In this document: piece after piece, positions 10,368 to 20,125 of the stretch
Numbering within the stretch: position 1 is the first letter of the stretch
Layout of the letters: each line of letters begins with the position of its first letter
From: an uncultured bacterium
Lineage (GTDB): Bacteria > Patescibacteriota > Minisyncoccia > Phycocordibacterales > GWA1-40-21
Reading direction: 5' to 3'
Assembly: GCA_903823865.1 (NCBI GenBank)
Contig: CAIJUJ010000033.1
Coordinates: 1-43,866, forward strand
DNA: 43,866 bases
Translations under genes and position numbers: made by a program
Notes under the pieces: generated by a model
What the model was told of the DNA's origin: nothing
What the model saw: the letters and a program-made list of their open reading frames with translations, nothing else
Database searches by the model: none

Positions 10368-10505
10368 ACCCATTAAAGTTTTTGCCAATGTTTATTAAAA
10401 ATTTATTTATAAACACATCGTAAATATTTATGATTATGTTAAACTATCTGTACTGTTTATAATGTCAAAAATAAACAATTTTTATTGGCAAAAATTTTCT
10501 CGGGT
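10368..10505 (+). repeat. 138-bp inverted-arm promoter element, copy 1 (before murJ)
   Basis: ACCCATTAAAGTTTTTGCCAAT…ATTGGCAAAAATTTTCTCGGGT-AA-ATG. Confidence 0.9.
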
Positions 10506-10507
10506 AA

Positions 10508-12184
10508 ATGGTCAAAGGATTTTTTAAAATAATTAATAAAGAAGTTAGTGGTCTGCATCAGGCAGCTTATCTTTTGGCTTTTTTTGCAATATCATCACAA
10601 ATACTTGCGCTTATTAGAGATAGACTTTTAGCATCACACTTTGGTGCAGGTCACACTCTTGATCTTTATTATGCAGCGTTTAGAATTCCAGATTTTATTT
10701 TTATAACTGTTGGTTCAATGGTTTCAGTTTCAGTTCTTATTCCGTTTCTTGTTGAAAAAATGAAAGCTGGTTCAGAAGAGGGAAGAAAATTTATTGGAAA
10801 TATTTTTACTTTTTTCTTTTTATTAATTATTGTTATTAGTATAATCGCTTTTTTCTTTATCCCATCAATAAACAAATTACTTTTTACTGGTTTCAATAGT
10901 GCAGATTTAAGTATTGTAAATAACATGACAAGAATCTTGCTTTTGTCGCCTATTTTTCTTGGAATTTCCAACATTTTTGGTACTTTAACACAAACATACA
11001 AACGCTTTTTAATCTATTCTTTAAGCCCCATTTTGTACAATCTGGGCATTATTTTAGGAATTATTTTACTTTATCCAATGTTTGGTCTTGTTGGTTTGGT
11101 ACTTGGAGTAGTTGTTGGTGCTTTTTTACATTTTGCAATTCAGATCCCATTCATTGTTGAAAATAAATTTTTTCCAAAGCCAAAATTAAAATTTGATTTT
11201 GCTGAAATTAGAAAAGTTTTATTCGTTTCCATCCCAAGAACTTTTACTTTAGGTTCAGATAATATTTCAGTAATATTTTTACTTTCGTTTGCTTCATCAA
11301 TGGTAGCTGGCTCAATCGCAGTTTTTAACCTTTCATACAATATGCAATCCGTTTTACTTTCTGTTATTGGCGTAAGCTATTCTCTTGCAGCTTTTCCAAT
11401 ACTTGTTAGATTTTTTGCCGATGGAGAAAGGGGGAAATTTTTAGATCAAATTATTGTTTCAGCACAGCATATTATTTTTTGGTCGCTACCTTGTGTGGTT
11501 TTATTTATAACACTTCGTGCACAGATTGTCAGAACGATTTTGGGTGCAGGAGTATTTAATTGGACGCAGACACGTCTTACTGCTGCAGCACTTGCAGTGT
11601 TTGTTATTTCAATAATTTTTCAAAATCTTACTCTTTTATTTGTTCGAGCATATTATGCTGCTGGAAATACCAGGAAGCCATTTATAGCCAAATTTATCAA
11701 CGCCACTTCGACAGTAGCACTAGGTTTTGGCTTTATGATTTTATACAAAGTCTACCCACCATTTAAGGATTTACTTGAGAGTTTATTGAGAATAAAAGAT
11801 GTTCCTGGAACAATTATTTTAGCTTTGCCTTTAGGTTGGTCTGTCGGGGAAGTTTTAAATAGTTTAGTTTTATGGTTCATTTTTGAGAAAGATTTTAAAG
11901 GCTTTTCCAAACCAGTTTTAAAAACAGCACTCCAAGTTTTGTTGTCGTCACTTTCAATTGGTATTATAAGTTATTTTGCTTTGAATGTTTTTGCGCTCAT
12001 TTTTAATTTGGATACTGTTTTCGGTATATTTATGCAAGGATTTTTATCAGGGTTGCTAGGTATTTTAGTGGGTATAATTGTTTTAATTCTTTTGAAGAAC
12101 AAAGAAATTATTGATGTTCATAATACTTTAAAGAGCAAGATATCAAAAATTAAAATATTTGCACCAACACAAACTGGTCTATAA
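10508..12184 (+). CDS. murJ: Lipid II flippase MurJ
   Basis: SQILALIRDRLLASHFGAG…YYAAFRIPD, many TM helices, RAYYA…TRKP. Confidence 0.93.
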   Translation: MVKGFFKIINKEVSGLHQAAYLLAFFAISSQILALIRDRLLASHFGAGHTLDLYYAAFRIPDFIFITVGSMVSVSVLIPFLVEKMKAGSEEGRKFIGNIFTFFFLLIIVISIIAFFFIPSINKLLFTGFNSADLSIVNNMTRILLLSPIFLGISNIFGTLTQTYKRFLIYSLSPILYNLGIILGIILLYPMFGLVGLVLGVVVGAFLHFAIQIPFIVENKFFPKPKLKFDFAEIRKVLFVSIPRTFTLGSDNISVIFLLSFASSMVAGSIAVFNLSYNMQSVLLSVIGVSYSLAAFPILVRFFADGERGKFLDQIIVSAQHIIFWSLPCVVLFITLRAQIVRTILGAGVFNWTQTRLTAAALAVFVISIIFQNLTLLFVRAYYAAGNTRKPFIAKFINATSTVALGFGFMILYKVYPPFKDLLESLLRIKDVPGTIILALPLGWSVGEVLNSLVLWFIFEKDFKGFSKPVLKTALQVLLSSLSIGIISYFALNVFALIFNLDTVFGIFMQGFLSGLLGILVGIIVLILLKNKEIIDVHNTLKSKISKIKIFAPTQTGL

Positions 12185-12242
12185 TATGGTTGCTTTTTTT
12201 AAGTTTTTGATATATACTTTTTGAACTTAAATAAATAATACA

Positions 12243-12401
12243 ATGTCACAAGATCAATTAATCAAACTTGCCTGTAAAACTTGTAAAAGAGTCAATTACT
12301 GGACAAGAAAAAACAAAAAGAAAGTTGAGAGAAAAATAGAGCTCAATAAATTTTGTAAATGGTGCAAAAAGACCACACCGCATAAAGAAATCAAGAAATA
12401 A
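12243..12401 (+). CDS. rpmG: 50S ribosomal protein L33 (Zn-ribbon form), absent from the ORF track
   Basis: MSQDQLIKLACKTCKRVNYWTRKNKKKVERKIELNKFCKWCKKTTPHKEIKK. Confidence 0.95.
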   Translation: MSQDQLIKLACKTCKRVNYWTRKNKKKVERKIELNKFCKWCKKTTPHKEIKK

Positions 12402-12412
12402 AATAAGAAAAG

Positions 12413-12444
12413 TTTAAAAATCCGCTTGCAAGCGGATTTTTAAA
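12413..12444 (+). terminator. Terminator after rpmG
   Basis: TTTAAAAATCCGCTTGCAAGCGGATTTTTAAA palindrome. Confidence 0.7.
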
Positions 12445-12610
12445 CACCAGGTTTTCTTTACGTTATATGAGTCCGCCACCACGGACTTCAGAACACAACT
12501 CGCCTTGGCTCAGAAGATTACTTCTTCCCAAGTCGATCTACGTTAAAAACCGCCAGAGAAGCGGTTTTTGTTTTTCATTTTTGTATTTTATGTTATATTT
12601 ATAAAACCAC

Positions 12611-12681
12611 GGGAGATTAGTTAAGTGGTATAACTGCGGTCTCCAAAACCGCTGTCGGAGGTCCGATTCCTCCATCTCCCG
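12611..12681 (+). tRNA. tRNA-Trp(CCA), CCA end not encoded
   Basis: Acceptor GGGAGAT/ATCTCCC, anticodon arm GCGGT-CTCCAAA-ACCGC, T arm GGAGG-TCCGATT-CCTCC. Confidence 0.93.
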
Positions 12682-12863
12682 CAATGATTCGCAAGGACAG
12701 ATAGTCATCTGTCCAAGTGAATTATTAATGCGTGGCGATGGAGGAATCGGAAGACGGAGGCTGACGAGCCGAGTCCGGGTCGCGAGATTTTTCAGCAGAA
12801 AAATACTTGTGACCGATCCACATCTCCCGCAAAATATTTTTATATATATGTTATAATTTATTC

Positions 12864-13220
12864 ATGAATCTTTTAGAAATCAAAGAATTAATTGAAAATA
12901 ATGCTGTAGCTTTTGCTACAATTACAGAGAATAACAAACCTAATGTTATTGGGGTTGATGGGGTAAAAATTGTTTCCGATAATCAGGTTTTGATTTCAGA
13001 CAATTTTATGAATCAAACAATCAAAGATATAGCAAATAATAAAAACGTTTGTTTAGCGGTTTGGAATAAAGATTTAAAAAGATGTAAATTAATTGGAGAA
13101 GCAGAATATTTTACAGAAGGAAAATGGAAAAAATATGTAGAAGAAATAAAAGAAAATGAAGGTCTTCCAGCTAAAGGTGCTATTTTGATAACTGTAGAAA
13201 AGATTATTCCTTCAGCTTAG
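12864..13220 (+). CDS. Pyridoxamine 5'-phosphate oxidase-like FMN-binding protein
   Basis: FATITENNKPNV, DNFMNQTIKDI..NKNVCL, KGAILITVEKI. Confidence 0.8.
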   Translation: MNLLEIKELIENNAVAFATITENNKPNVIGVDGVKIVSDNQVLISDNFMNQTIKDIANNKNVCLAVWNKDLKRCKLIGEAEYFTEGKWKKYVEEIKENEGLPAKGAILITVEKIIPSA

Positions 13221-14097
13221 TTTGAACTAATTTTATTATTTGTGATACTTGTTGTGGTTTGAACCATAATATTTTTTTGTTTTTCTTAAACCATGTTCTT
13301 TGGCGTTTAACAAAATGCCAAATTTCTGATTTTAGATTTTTTATCATTTCATCCTTAGCAATTTTGCTTTGAAGATATAGTGCAGTTTGTCTGTATTCAA
13401 GACCAAAAGATTCTAATCTTTTCCAACTTACGCCTTGTCTATGGAGTTTAACAATTTCGTTTATCATTCCAATTTTTATACGTTTTAATAATCGTTTTTC
13501 TATTCTATCTTTCAATATATTATTATCAGTATCAAAACCAATGAATATAAAGTCATATTTACTTGGTTTTTCTACAATCTCTGGCACTTCACCAAGAGTC
13601 TTAGCTATTTCAATAGCTCGTATCAAACGAACTTTATTATTTTTATCGATATTTTTTGCACGAATTGGTGAAAGTTTTTTTAATATTTTGAAAAGTTTTT
13701 CGGCTGAATATTTTTCAAGTTTGCTACGCAATTTTTTATTAAGTCTTACTTCAGGTAATGTAATATTTTTTACAATACTATCAATATAAAAACCTGTCCC
13801 ACCACAAATTATTGGTGTTTTGTTTTTTGCGATTATTTTTTCAATAGCTTTTTCTGCAAGTTCTTTATACTTAACAACAGAAAAAAATGTTTTTGGGTTT
13901 GCTATATCAAGCAAGTAATGGCTAATCCCTAGCATTTCTTTTTTAGTGATTTTTCCACTACCCAAATCCATACCGCGGAATACTTGGCGCGAATCTGCGC
14001 TTATAATTTCGCCGTTGAATTTTTTGGCGATTTGAACTGCAATATCACTTTTACCAGTGGCTGTGGGGCCAAGAACTACTATGATTTTATGTTTCAT
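13204..14097 (-). CDS. miaA: tRNA dimethylallyltransferase
   Basis: GPTATGKS, EIISADSRQV, GGTGFY, KRQRTWF. Confidence 0.97.
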   Translation of the reverse strand: MKHKIIVVLGPTATGKSDIAVQIAKKFNGEIISADSRQVFRGMDLGSGKITKKEMLGISHYLLDIANPKTFFSVVKYKELAEKAIEKIIAKNKTPIICGGTGFYIDSIVKNITLPEVRLNKKLRSKLEKYSAEKLFKILKKLSPIRAKNIDKNNKVRLIRAIEIAKTLGEVPEIVEKPSKYDFIFIGFDTDNNILKDRIEKRLLKRIKIGMINEIVKLHRQGVSWKRLESFGLEYRQTALYLQSKIAKDEMIKNLKSEIWHFVKRQRTWFKKNKKILWFKPQQVSQIIKLVQTKLKE

Positions 14098-14119
14098 AGA
14101 TGAGATATTAGCATAATTT

Positions 14120-14479
14120 CTACAAAGGTGTTCCTTGGTGGAATATCATTCTCCATTTACTGTCCTCATTTTTCCAAATAGAACTACGTAAAGAAAAAGT
14201 TGTTTTATTTGTTACTTGATTAATTTTTTCTGTCTTAAATATAGATTGGATGATATTAGGACTAAGTATTACAATTCTAAAATCGGTCACAATAAACTTA
14301 ATTTTAGGAGAAGACGGAAGATTTTTTAAAACATTCTTTTTTGTGTAAATTTGCCCGGAACTACCAATTTCTATAAAGTCCTCCGAAATCATCTCATTAA
14401 GTTGAATTACAGATTTTCTTACATCAGGTTGCAGAAGTCTGTTTTCTAACCGAAATATTATTTCTTTGAGTTTTTTCAT
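14120..14479 (-). CDS. DUF4440 / NTF2-like protein
   Basis: DFIEIGSSG…RSSIW…WRMIFHQGT. Confidence 0.85.
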   Translation of the reverse strand: MKKLKEIIFRLENRLLQPDVRKSVIQLNEMISEDFIEIGSSGQIYTKKNVLKNLPSSPKIKFIVTDFRIVILSPNIIQSIFKTEKINQVTNKTTFSLRSSIWKNEDSKWRMIFHQGTPL

Positions 14480-14537
14480 AATAAAAGTATATCAAATATG
14501 AATTAGAAAGTCATATTTGAAAGAAAATATTAATTTG

Positions 14538-14621
14538 TGCCGGAAGAGGGAATCGAACCCTCATGACCTTGCGATCGATAGATTTTGAGTCTATTGCGTC
14601 TACCAATTCCGCCATCCCGGC
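14538..14621 (-). tRNA. tRNA-Leu(CAA)
   Basis: GCCGGGATGGCGGAATTGGTAGACGC…ATAGA-CTCAAAA-TCTAT, long variable arm, GGGTTCGATTCCC. Confidence 0.95.
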
Positions 14622-14720
14622 ATTATTAAGAAATATTACACAATTTATGAACAAAAATCAATTTTATTAGTATTTTTTGTATGATAGAATATATACATCA
14701 AATCTTAATTTTTTAAAAAA

Positions 14721-15722
14721 ATGACCCAATTTTTTAACGATTCCATATTCTGGATAGAGACAGAAAAAATAAAACCAAATCCTTTTCAACCAAGGAAAGA
14801 TTTTGACGAAGCAAGATTGAAAGACCTTGCAGAATCCATAAGACAATATGGAGTTCTTCAGCCTATTGTTGTTACAAGAACTGAAGTTCAAAAAGAAGAT
14901 GGTGGTATTGCTGTTGAATATGAATTGATTTCAGGAGAAAGAAGATTGCGTGCGTCAAAAATAGCCGGCATTCCACAAATTCCAGCAGTAATTCGTTCAA
15001 ATGATGAATCAAAGTTGATGAAGCTTGAGCTTGCCATCATTGAAAACTTACAAAGAGAAGATTTAAACTGCGTTGATAGAGCGAAGGCTTTTCAGCAGTT
15101 AGTTAATGAATTTGGCTTTAAACATACCCAAATTGCTATGAAAATGGGCAAGAGTAGGGAGTATGTTTCAAACAGCCTGAGAATACTTGCTCTTCCAGAA
15201 CATATGCTCCTAGCCCTTTCTGAAGGTAAGATTTCTGAAGGTCATTCAAGACCACTTCTCATGCTTACTGACAGAAAAGATGAGCAGGAAACTTTATTCA
15301 AGGAGATTATTTATAAGAAAATTACAGTTCGTGATGCAGAAATTATTGCCAGAAAAATTGCAACTGAAAGAGCAAGAAAGAAAGAAGTTGTTTTTGATCC
15401 TGAAATTACTGCCCTTGAAGAAAAATTTTCTGAATCTTTGGGAACAAGAGTTCATATTGAAAAAGGAGAGAAGGGTGGAAAGATTACAATAGATTTCTTT
15501 TCAAATGATGACGTTCGAGCGATTCTTGATTTACTTGCATCAAAAGATAAAAGAAAAGTTGATGAACTTTTAGACAAACATATAGAGACGTTGGGTGAAG
15601 TAGATAAATTACCAAAAATAACAGAAGATGAAGCTCCACTTATGGATGATAGAAGTCCAATCGAAAAGAAAGAAGATGAAGAAAGTGAAGATTTGTATTC
15701 TGTGAAGAATTTTAGTCTTTAG
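14721..15722 (+). CDS. parB: ParB/Spo0J partition protein
   Basis: PNPFQPRKDF, GVLQPIVV, GERRLRA, ENLQREDL, HTH; acidic C-terminal extension. Confidence 0.95.
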   Translation: MTQFFNDSIFWIETEKIKPNPFQPRKDFDEARLKDLAESIRQYGVLQPIVVTRTEVQKEDGGIAVEYELISGERRLRASKIAGIPQIPAVIRSNDESKLMKLELAIIENLQREDLNCVDRAKAFQQLVNEFGFKHTQIAMKMGKSREYVSNSLRILALPEHMLLALSEGKISEGHSRPLLMLTDRKDEQETLFKEIIYKKITVRDAEIIARKIATERARKKEVVFDPEITALEEKFSESLGTRVHIEKGEKGGKITIDFFSNDDVRAILDLLASKDKRKVDELLDKHIETLGEVDKLPKITEDEAPLMDDRSPIEKKEDEESEDLYSVKNFSL

Positions 15723-15726
15723 AATA

Positions 15727-15812
15727 TAGCTGATAGCTTTTAGGTGTTAGCTGTTAGAAAATGTATAAATGTATTGAATTTCTAAAAGCTAATAGCTACC
15801 AGCTAAAACCTA
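15727..15812. repeat. Inverted array of 7-nt repeats (TAGCTNN x4 / CTANNAG x4)
   Basis: TAGCTGA TAGCTTT TAGGTGT TAGCTGT … CTAAAAG CTAATAG CTACCAG CTAAAAC between convergent parB and rel. Confidence 0.75.
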
Positions 15813-15813
15813 G

Positions 15814-17349
15814 TTATTTCTGTCTTGGGATCTGATTTTTACTTTTATTTTTCTCTAAGTAACTTGCAATATGTCTTTTTGCCATACTCGTCTTTGCCAT
15901 TTCGAGCCATTTAGCTGATGGTTTACTTGATTCTTTGGTTATAATTTCAACTATATCTACATTTTTTAGAATTGTGTCTATTGAAACCATTTTGCCATTT
16001 ATCTTTGCCCCACTCATATGAGCCCCAATATCAGAATGAATTGCAAAAGCAAAATCAATAACACATGAACCTCTCGGTAGGTCTACAACATCTCCTTTTG
16101 GTGTAAGTATAAATATTCTTTCGTTAAAGAAATCAACTTTTAAATCCTCAACAAAATTATTTTTATCTTTCTCAGTTTTTAAGTTCTTCTGTGATTCTGC
16201 AAGTTCATTTATCCAATGTGGAGTTGCCTCATGACTATTTGTTGTTTTAAAATAATTCACAATTCTTGGTAGAAATTGTTTAAACCATCGAGTTTCAGAA
16301 TTTTCTTTTTGTTTAATTGAGCCTTTTTCTTTGTAAAAAAGATGTGATGCAATACCGAATTCAGACTCCTGCTGCATTTCTTTTGTACGAATTTGTACTT
16401 CAATAGTGGCACCATCTTTTGTAAGAACATTAGTGTGTAAGCTTTTATATCCATTTGGTTTTGGAAGTGCAATATAATCTTTGATTCTTCTAGGTATAGG
16501 TCTTGCGATGCTATGCATTATTCCAAGGACTTTATAGCAGTCTGAAATTGTATCTACAATTATACGAACAGCGAGAATATCGTATATATTATTTATATCA
16601 TTTTCGTGTCTTTGCATTTTTCTATAAAGGCTATAGATTCCTTTTTGCCTATAATCTGTTTTGAAATGGATTACACCTTCTGTTGCGAGTGCTTTTTTTA
16701 CAGATTTAATAAATTTGTTTAGTTCTGGTAATGCTTCTTTTTCTTTACTATTTAAAAGGTTTACAATTTTTTGGTACTCAGTAGGGTTTACATATTTAAA
16801 TGACAAATCTTCAAGCTCACGTGACAATACTCTTATAGAAAGCCTTTGGGCGAGAGGGGCATATATCTCTAATGTTTCGAGAGCAATTCTTTTTTGTTTT
16901 ACTAAAGGTATATATTGTAAAGTACGCATATTGTGTAGTCGGTCAGCGAGTTTAATAATTAGAACCCGTATATCCTGAGCCACAGCTACAAGGAATTTTC
17001 TAAGACTTTCAATATGTCTTTCTGCTCCTCTGTATTTAACTTTTCCTAGTTTTGTTACACCGTTTACTAAAAAATATACTTCATCACCAAATTCCTTTTT
17101 TATATAATCTTCAGTCGCAACACCGTCTTCTATTGAATCATGTAGAAGTCCAGCAACTATTGTAGTAGGACCCATCTGTAAGCTTGCAAGTATTTTTGCA
17201 GTTTCAAATACATGGTTGAAATATGGTTCACCTGATTTTCTAAGTTGTCCCTCGTGTGCTTTTATAGCAAAATCATAAGCTTTTTGTATAAACTCTTTGT
17301 CTTTTTGGGTTGGGGAATCTAATAATGAAATAATTTCTTCTGAAGCCAT
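15814..17349 (-). CDS. rel: RelA/SpoT (p)ppGpp synthetase/hydrolase with HD, SYNTH and TGS domains, no C-terminal ACT
   Basis: RKSGEPY, LHDSIED, KLADRLHNMRTL, NGYKSLHT, EVQIRT, DFAFAIHS; start MASEE follows TTGACT-17-TACACT. Confidence 0.93.
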   Translation of the reverse strand: MASEEIISLLDSPTQKDKEFIQKAYDFAIKAHEGQLRKSGEPYFNHVFETAKILASLQMGPTTIVAGLLHDSIEDGVATEDYIKKEFGDEVYFLVNGVTKLGKVKYRGAERHIESLRKFLVAVAQDIRVLIIKLADRLHNMRTLQYIPLVKQKRIALETLEIYAPLAQRLSIRVLSRELEDLSFKYVNPTEYQKIVNLLNSKEKEALPELNKFIKSVKKALATEGVIHFKTDYRQKGIYSLYRKMQRHENDINNIYDILAVRIIVDTISDCYKVLGIMHSIARPIPRRIKDYIALPKPNGYKSLHTNVLTKDGATIEVQIRTKEMQQESEFGIASHLFYKEKGSIKQKENSETRWFKQFLPRIVNYFKTTNSHEATPHWINELAESQKNLKTEKDKNNFVEDLKVDFFNERIFILTPKGDVVDLPRGSCVIDFAFAIHSDIGAHMSGAKINGKMVSIDTILKNVDIVEIITKESSKPSAKWLEMAKTSMAKRHIASYLEKNKSKNQIPRQK

Positions 17350-17423
17350 AATTAGTAGTGTAAAGGCAAAAGACAGGAAAGTCAAAAGGCCGGTTCGCTT
17401 CGCGAACCACCCTTTTAATTATT

Positions 17424-19616
17424 TTACTTTGATAACTTATCTGGTCTGTGATTAGGACATGTTTTGTCGGAGCAACGTTCTGGAATAGTTTTGGTGCCAA
17501 GCATCATCAAAGCTCCACAGGTAGGGCAAAGTTTGCCGGTTGGTTTCGCTTTAATTGCATATTTACATTTTGGGTAGTTTGTACAGCTGTAAAAAATTCC
17601 AAATCTACCTCTTCGTTCGGCCATTTCACCAGTTTTACATTTTGGACATTTTACGCCAGTTGAATTTACGGGAGCACCTTCACCCTTTTTAATATATTTA
17701 CATTTTGGATAATTTGAGCAGGAAATAAATCTTCCAAATTTTCCATCTCTTTCAACGAGTTTACCGTCTTTACATTCCGGACATTTTTCACCGGTTTCTT
17801 TTGGCCCTTCCATTTCTGTTCCATCCATTTTTCTGGCACCAGCACAATCTGGGTATTTTTTACAACTCAAGAATTTTCCATTTTTGGAAAGTTTAATAAT
17901 CATCGGTCCACCACAGACAGGACATTTTATACTTGGGTCTGCTTCACCAAGATTTGTAACTTTCTCAATTTTATTTTTTGCTTTCACTTCTTTTGTAAAT
18001 GGTCCATAAAAATCTTTTAAAGTTTTTTCATATTCTCTTTTTCCAGTGGCAATATCATCAAGCTCATCTTCCATTTCTGCTGTAAAAGTATCGCTTATAT
18101 AATTTGCAAAGTTTTTTTCCAAGAAATCACTGACAACTTCTCCAGTATCGGTAGGGAAAAGTGCCTTGTTTATCTTTTCAACATATTTTCTCTCTTCAAG
18201 AGTTTTCATAATAGAAGCATAAGTTGAAGGTCTTCCGATACCTCTTTTTTCTAGCTCTTTAATAAGACCCGCCTCGCTATATCTTCCTGGCGGTTCGGTA
18301 AATTTCTCAGTATTTCTTATTTCAATAAGTTTTAAAATATCGCCTTTTGCAACTTTTGGAAGTTCAACGTCCTCACCTCGAGCATCTGGGTCAGCTTTTA
18401 GCCAGCCATCAAAAAGCATTCGTGAACCATTGATTGAAAATGTTGGAACTTCGCCACGAGATGGTAATCCATTTTTCGTGGTCTCGCTTCCTATTTGAGC
18501 AGTAATTTTTGTTCTCAAAACTTTTGCATCAGACATTTGTGAAGCCAGTGTTCTTTGCCAAATAAGTCTGTAAAGTTCTTTTTGTTCATCTGTTAACCCA
18601 GCATTTTCTTTACTTGCATCTGTTGGGCGGATTGCCTCGTGTGCTTCCTGTGCATTTTTGCTTTTTGTTACATAAATATTTTTGTGCGCATAATTTGCAC
18701 CATATTTTTTATTTATAACTGCAGCCATTTGATCTTGCGCTGTTACGCTCAAGTTTGTGCTGTCGGTTCTCATATAAGTAATGAGACCAGCTTCGTAAAG
18801 TTTCTGGGCAATTCCCATAGTTCTTGAAGGAGCAAGTCCAAGACGGGTACTTGCTGTTTGTTGAAGTGTTGAAGTAGTGAATGGAGCTTTTGGACTTCTT
18901 TTTGTCTCAGTTTCCGTAACACTTTTTACTGACCATTCTTCTTTGTTTCCAATTTCTAGAATTTTTTCAACTTCTTTTATATCGCGAGGCTCTTTATCGC
19001 AACCAAGTGTGATTTTTATGCCACCGACAGTTTGTGTATCAGCTTCAATTGTCCAATATTGCTCAGGCTTGAATGCGCGGATTTCTCTTTCTCTTTCCAT
19101 TATTATACGGAGAGCGGGGGATTGAACGCGTCCAGCTGAAAGTCCATAACGAACTTTTTTCCAAATAAGTCCAGAAAGGTCATATCCTACGAGTCTGTCC
19201 AAAACTCTTCTTGCTTCTTGCGCGCGTCTTAAATTATCATCAATTTCTGTTGGATTTTGAATTGCTTCTTTGATTGCATCTTTTGTAATTTCATAAAAAC
19301 GAACACGCTTTGGATTTTTTAGCCCAACTGCTTCTTTAACATGCCATGCAATAGCTTCTCCTTCTCGGTCAGGGTCGGTGGCGAGCAGTACTTCGTCTGC
19401 TCGCTCCGCCAAACTTTTTATTTCAGAAACAACCTTTTCTTTTCCTGGGCTAATTTCATATTTAGGAATAAAACCGCCAGGAATATCTATTGCATCTTTA
19501 TTGCTTTTTGGTAAATCACGAATATGCCCAACGCTTGCTCGCACCGTGTATGCACCATCCAAATATTTTTCTATCGTCTTCGCTTTTGACGGAGACTCAA
19601 CGATTAATAATTTCAT
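17424..19616 (-). CDS. topA: DNA topoisomerase I
   Basis: LLIVESPSKAKTI, ATDPDREGE, ITYMRTDS, C-terminal Zn ribbons. Confidence 0.98.
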   Translation of the reverse strand: MKLLIVESPSKAKTIEKYLDGAYTVRASVGHIRDLPKSNKDAIDIPGGFIPKYEISPGKEKVVSEIKSLAERADEVLLATDPDREGEAIAWHVKEAVGLKNPKRVRFYEITKDAIKEAIQNPTEIDDNLRRAQEARRVLDRLVGYDLSGLIWKKVRYGLSAGRVQSPALRIIMEREREIRAFKPEQYWTIEADTQTVGGIKITLGCDKEPRDIKEVEKILEIGNKEEWSVKSVTETETKRSPKAPFTTSTLQQTASTRLGLAPSRTMGIAQKLYEAGLITYMRTDSTNLSVTAQDQMAAVINKKYGANYAHKNIYVTKSKNAQEAHEAIRPTDASKENAGLTDEQKELYRLIWQRTLASQMSDAKVLRTKITAQIGSETTKNGLPSRGEVPTFSINGSRMLFDGWLKADPDARGEDVELPKVAKGDILKLIEIRNTEKFTEPPGRYSEAGLIKELEKRGIGRPSTYASIMKTLEERKYVEKINKALFPTDTGEVVSDFLEKNFANYISDTFTAEMEDELDDIATGKREYEKTLKDFYGPFTKEVKAKNKIEKVTNLGEADPSIKCPVCGGPMIIKLSKNGKFLSCKKYPDCAGARKMDGTEMEGPKETGEKCPECKDGKLVERDGKFGRFISCSNYPKCKYIKKGEGAPVNSTGVKCPKCKTGEMAERRGRFGIFYSCTNYPKCKYAIKAKPTGKLCPTCGALMMLGTKTIPERCSDKTCPNHRPDKLSK

Positions 19617-19674
19617 CGATACATATTAATATACCATAATTTCAATTTGTGCAAACTTTTGATATAATTTGTAT

Positions 19675-20088
19675 ATGAAAATAATTAATAAATTTAGGTC
19701 AATATGGTGGTGTTGGATTATTGTTACTGTGATTTATATAATTTTCACTCTTCCATTGAGTGATTTGGTGCCAAGTCCAATTGTTGGCTTTGTTGGTCTA
19801 TTTGCACCTTATGGCTTCTTATCTATTTTGTATTTTGTTTTTAATATTTATTATAATATTGCAGCGCTATTTATTTTTATTGTTGGTATGGTTGTTACTC
19901 ATAAATATATTAATAACATAAATATAAGTTTAGGAAAAATGGTTATTATTAATTTATTAATTTTATGTATATTAACCGGACTTGTTGATATTATGCGCCT
20001 TACACCAGCTGCATCATGGAAGATTTTCATTTCTGGTGGTAATTTTAGTAAATATTTAGATGAAGTTGTACCAGGTAGAGTTAGATAA
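19675..20088 (+). CDS. Hypothetical multi-pass membrane protein
   Basis: Several hydrophobic helices; TGA-TATAAT 6 nt before the ATG. Confidence 0.65.
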   Translation: MKIINKFRSIWWCWIIVTVIYIIFTLPLSDLVPSPIVGFVGLFAPYGFLSILYFVFNIYYNIAALFIFIVGMVVTHKYINNINISLGKMVIINLLILCILTGLVDIMRLTPAASWKIFISGGNFSKYLDEVVPGRVR

Positions 20089-20125
20089 TAATAACCACGA
20101 GATTCAACCTTAAGAAAAACATAAT

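Noticed and set aside
10216-10423. Short ORFs over the rnpB end, and others reading …FLxNIGKNFNG…
   Set aside because: They are translations of RNase P RNA and of the repeat arms, not genes.
12611-12681. Alternative genetic code (UGA recoding as in Gracilibacteria)
   Set aside because: Genes translate full length in code 11, and TGA ends murA and holB at the expected positions.
12778-12814. Hairpin after tRNA-Trp as a seventh copy of the 137-bp element
   Set aside because: Only superficial CGAGA/TTTTT similarity; no GCCAAT stem or arm layout.
14721-15722. parS site near parB
   Set aside because: I found no convincing TGTTTCACGTGAAACA-like palindrome by eye.
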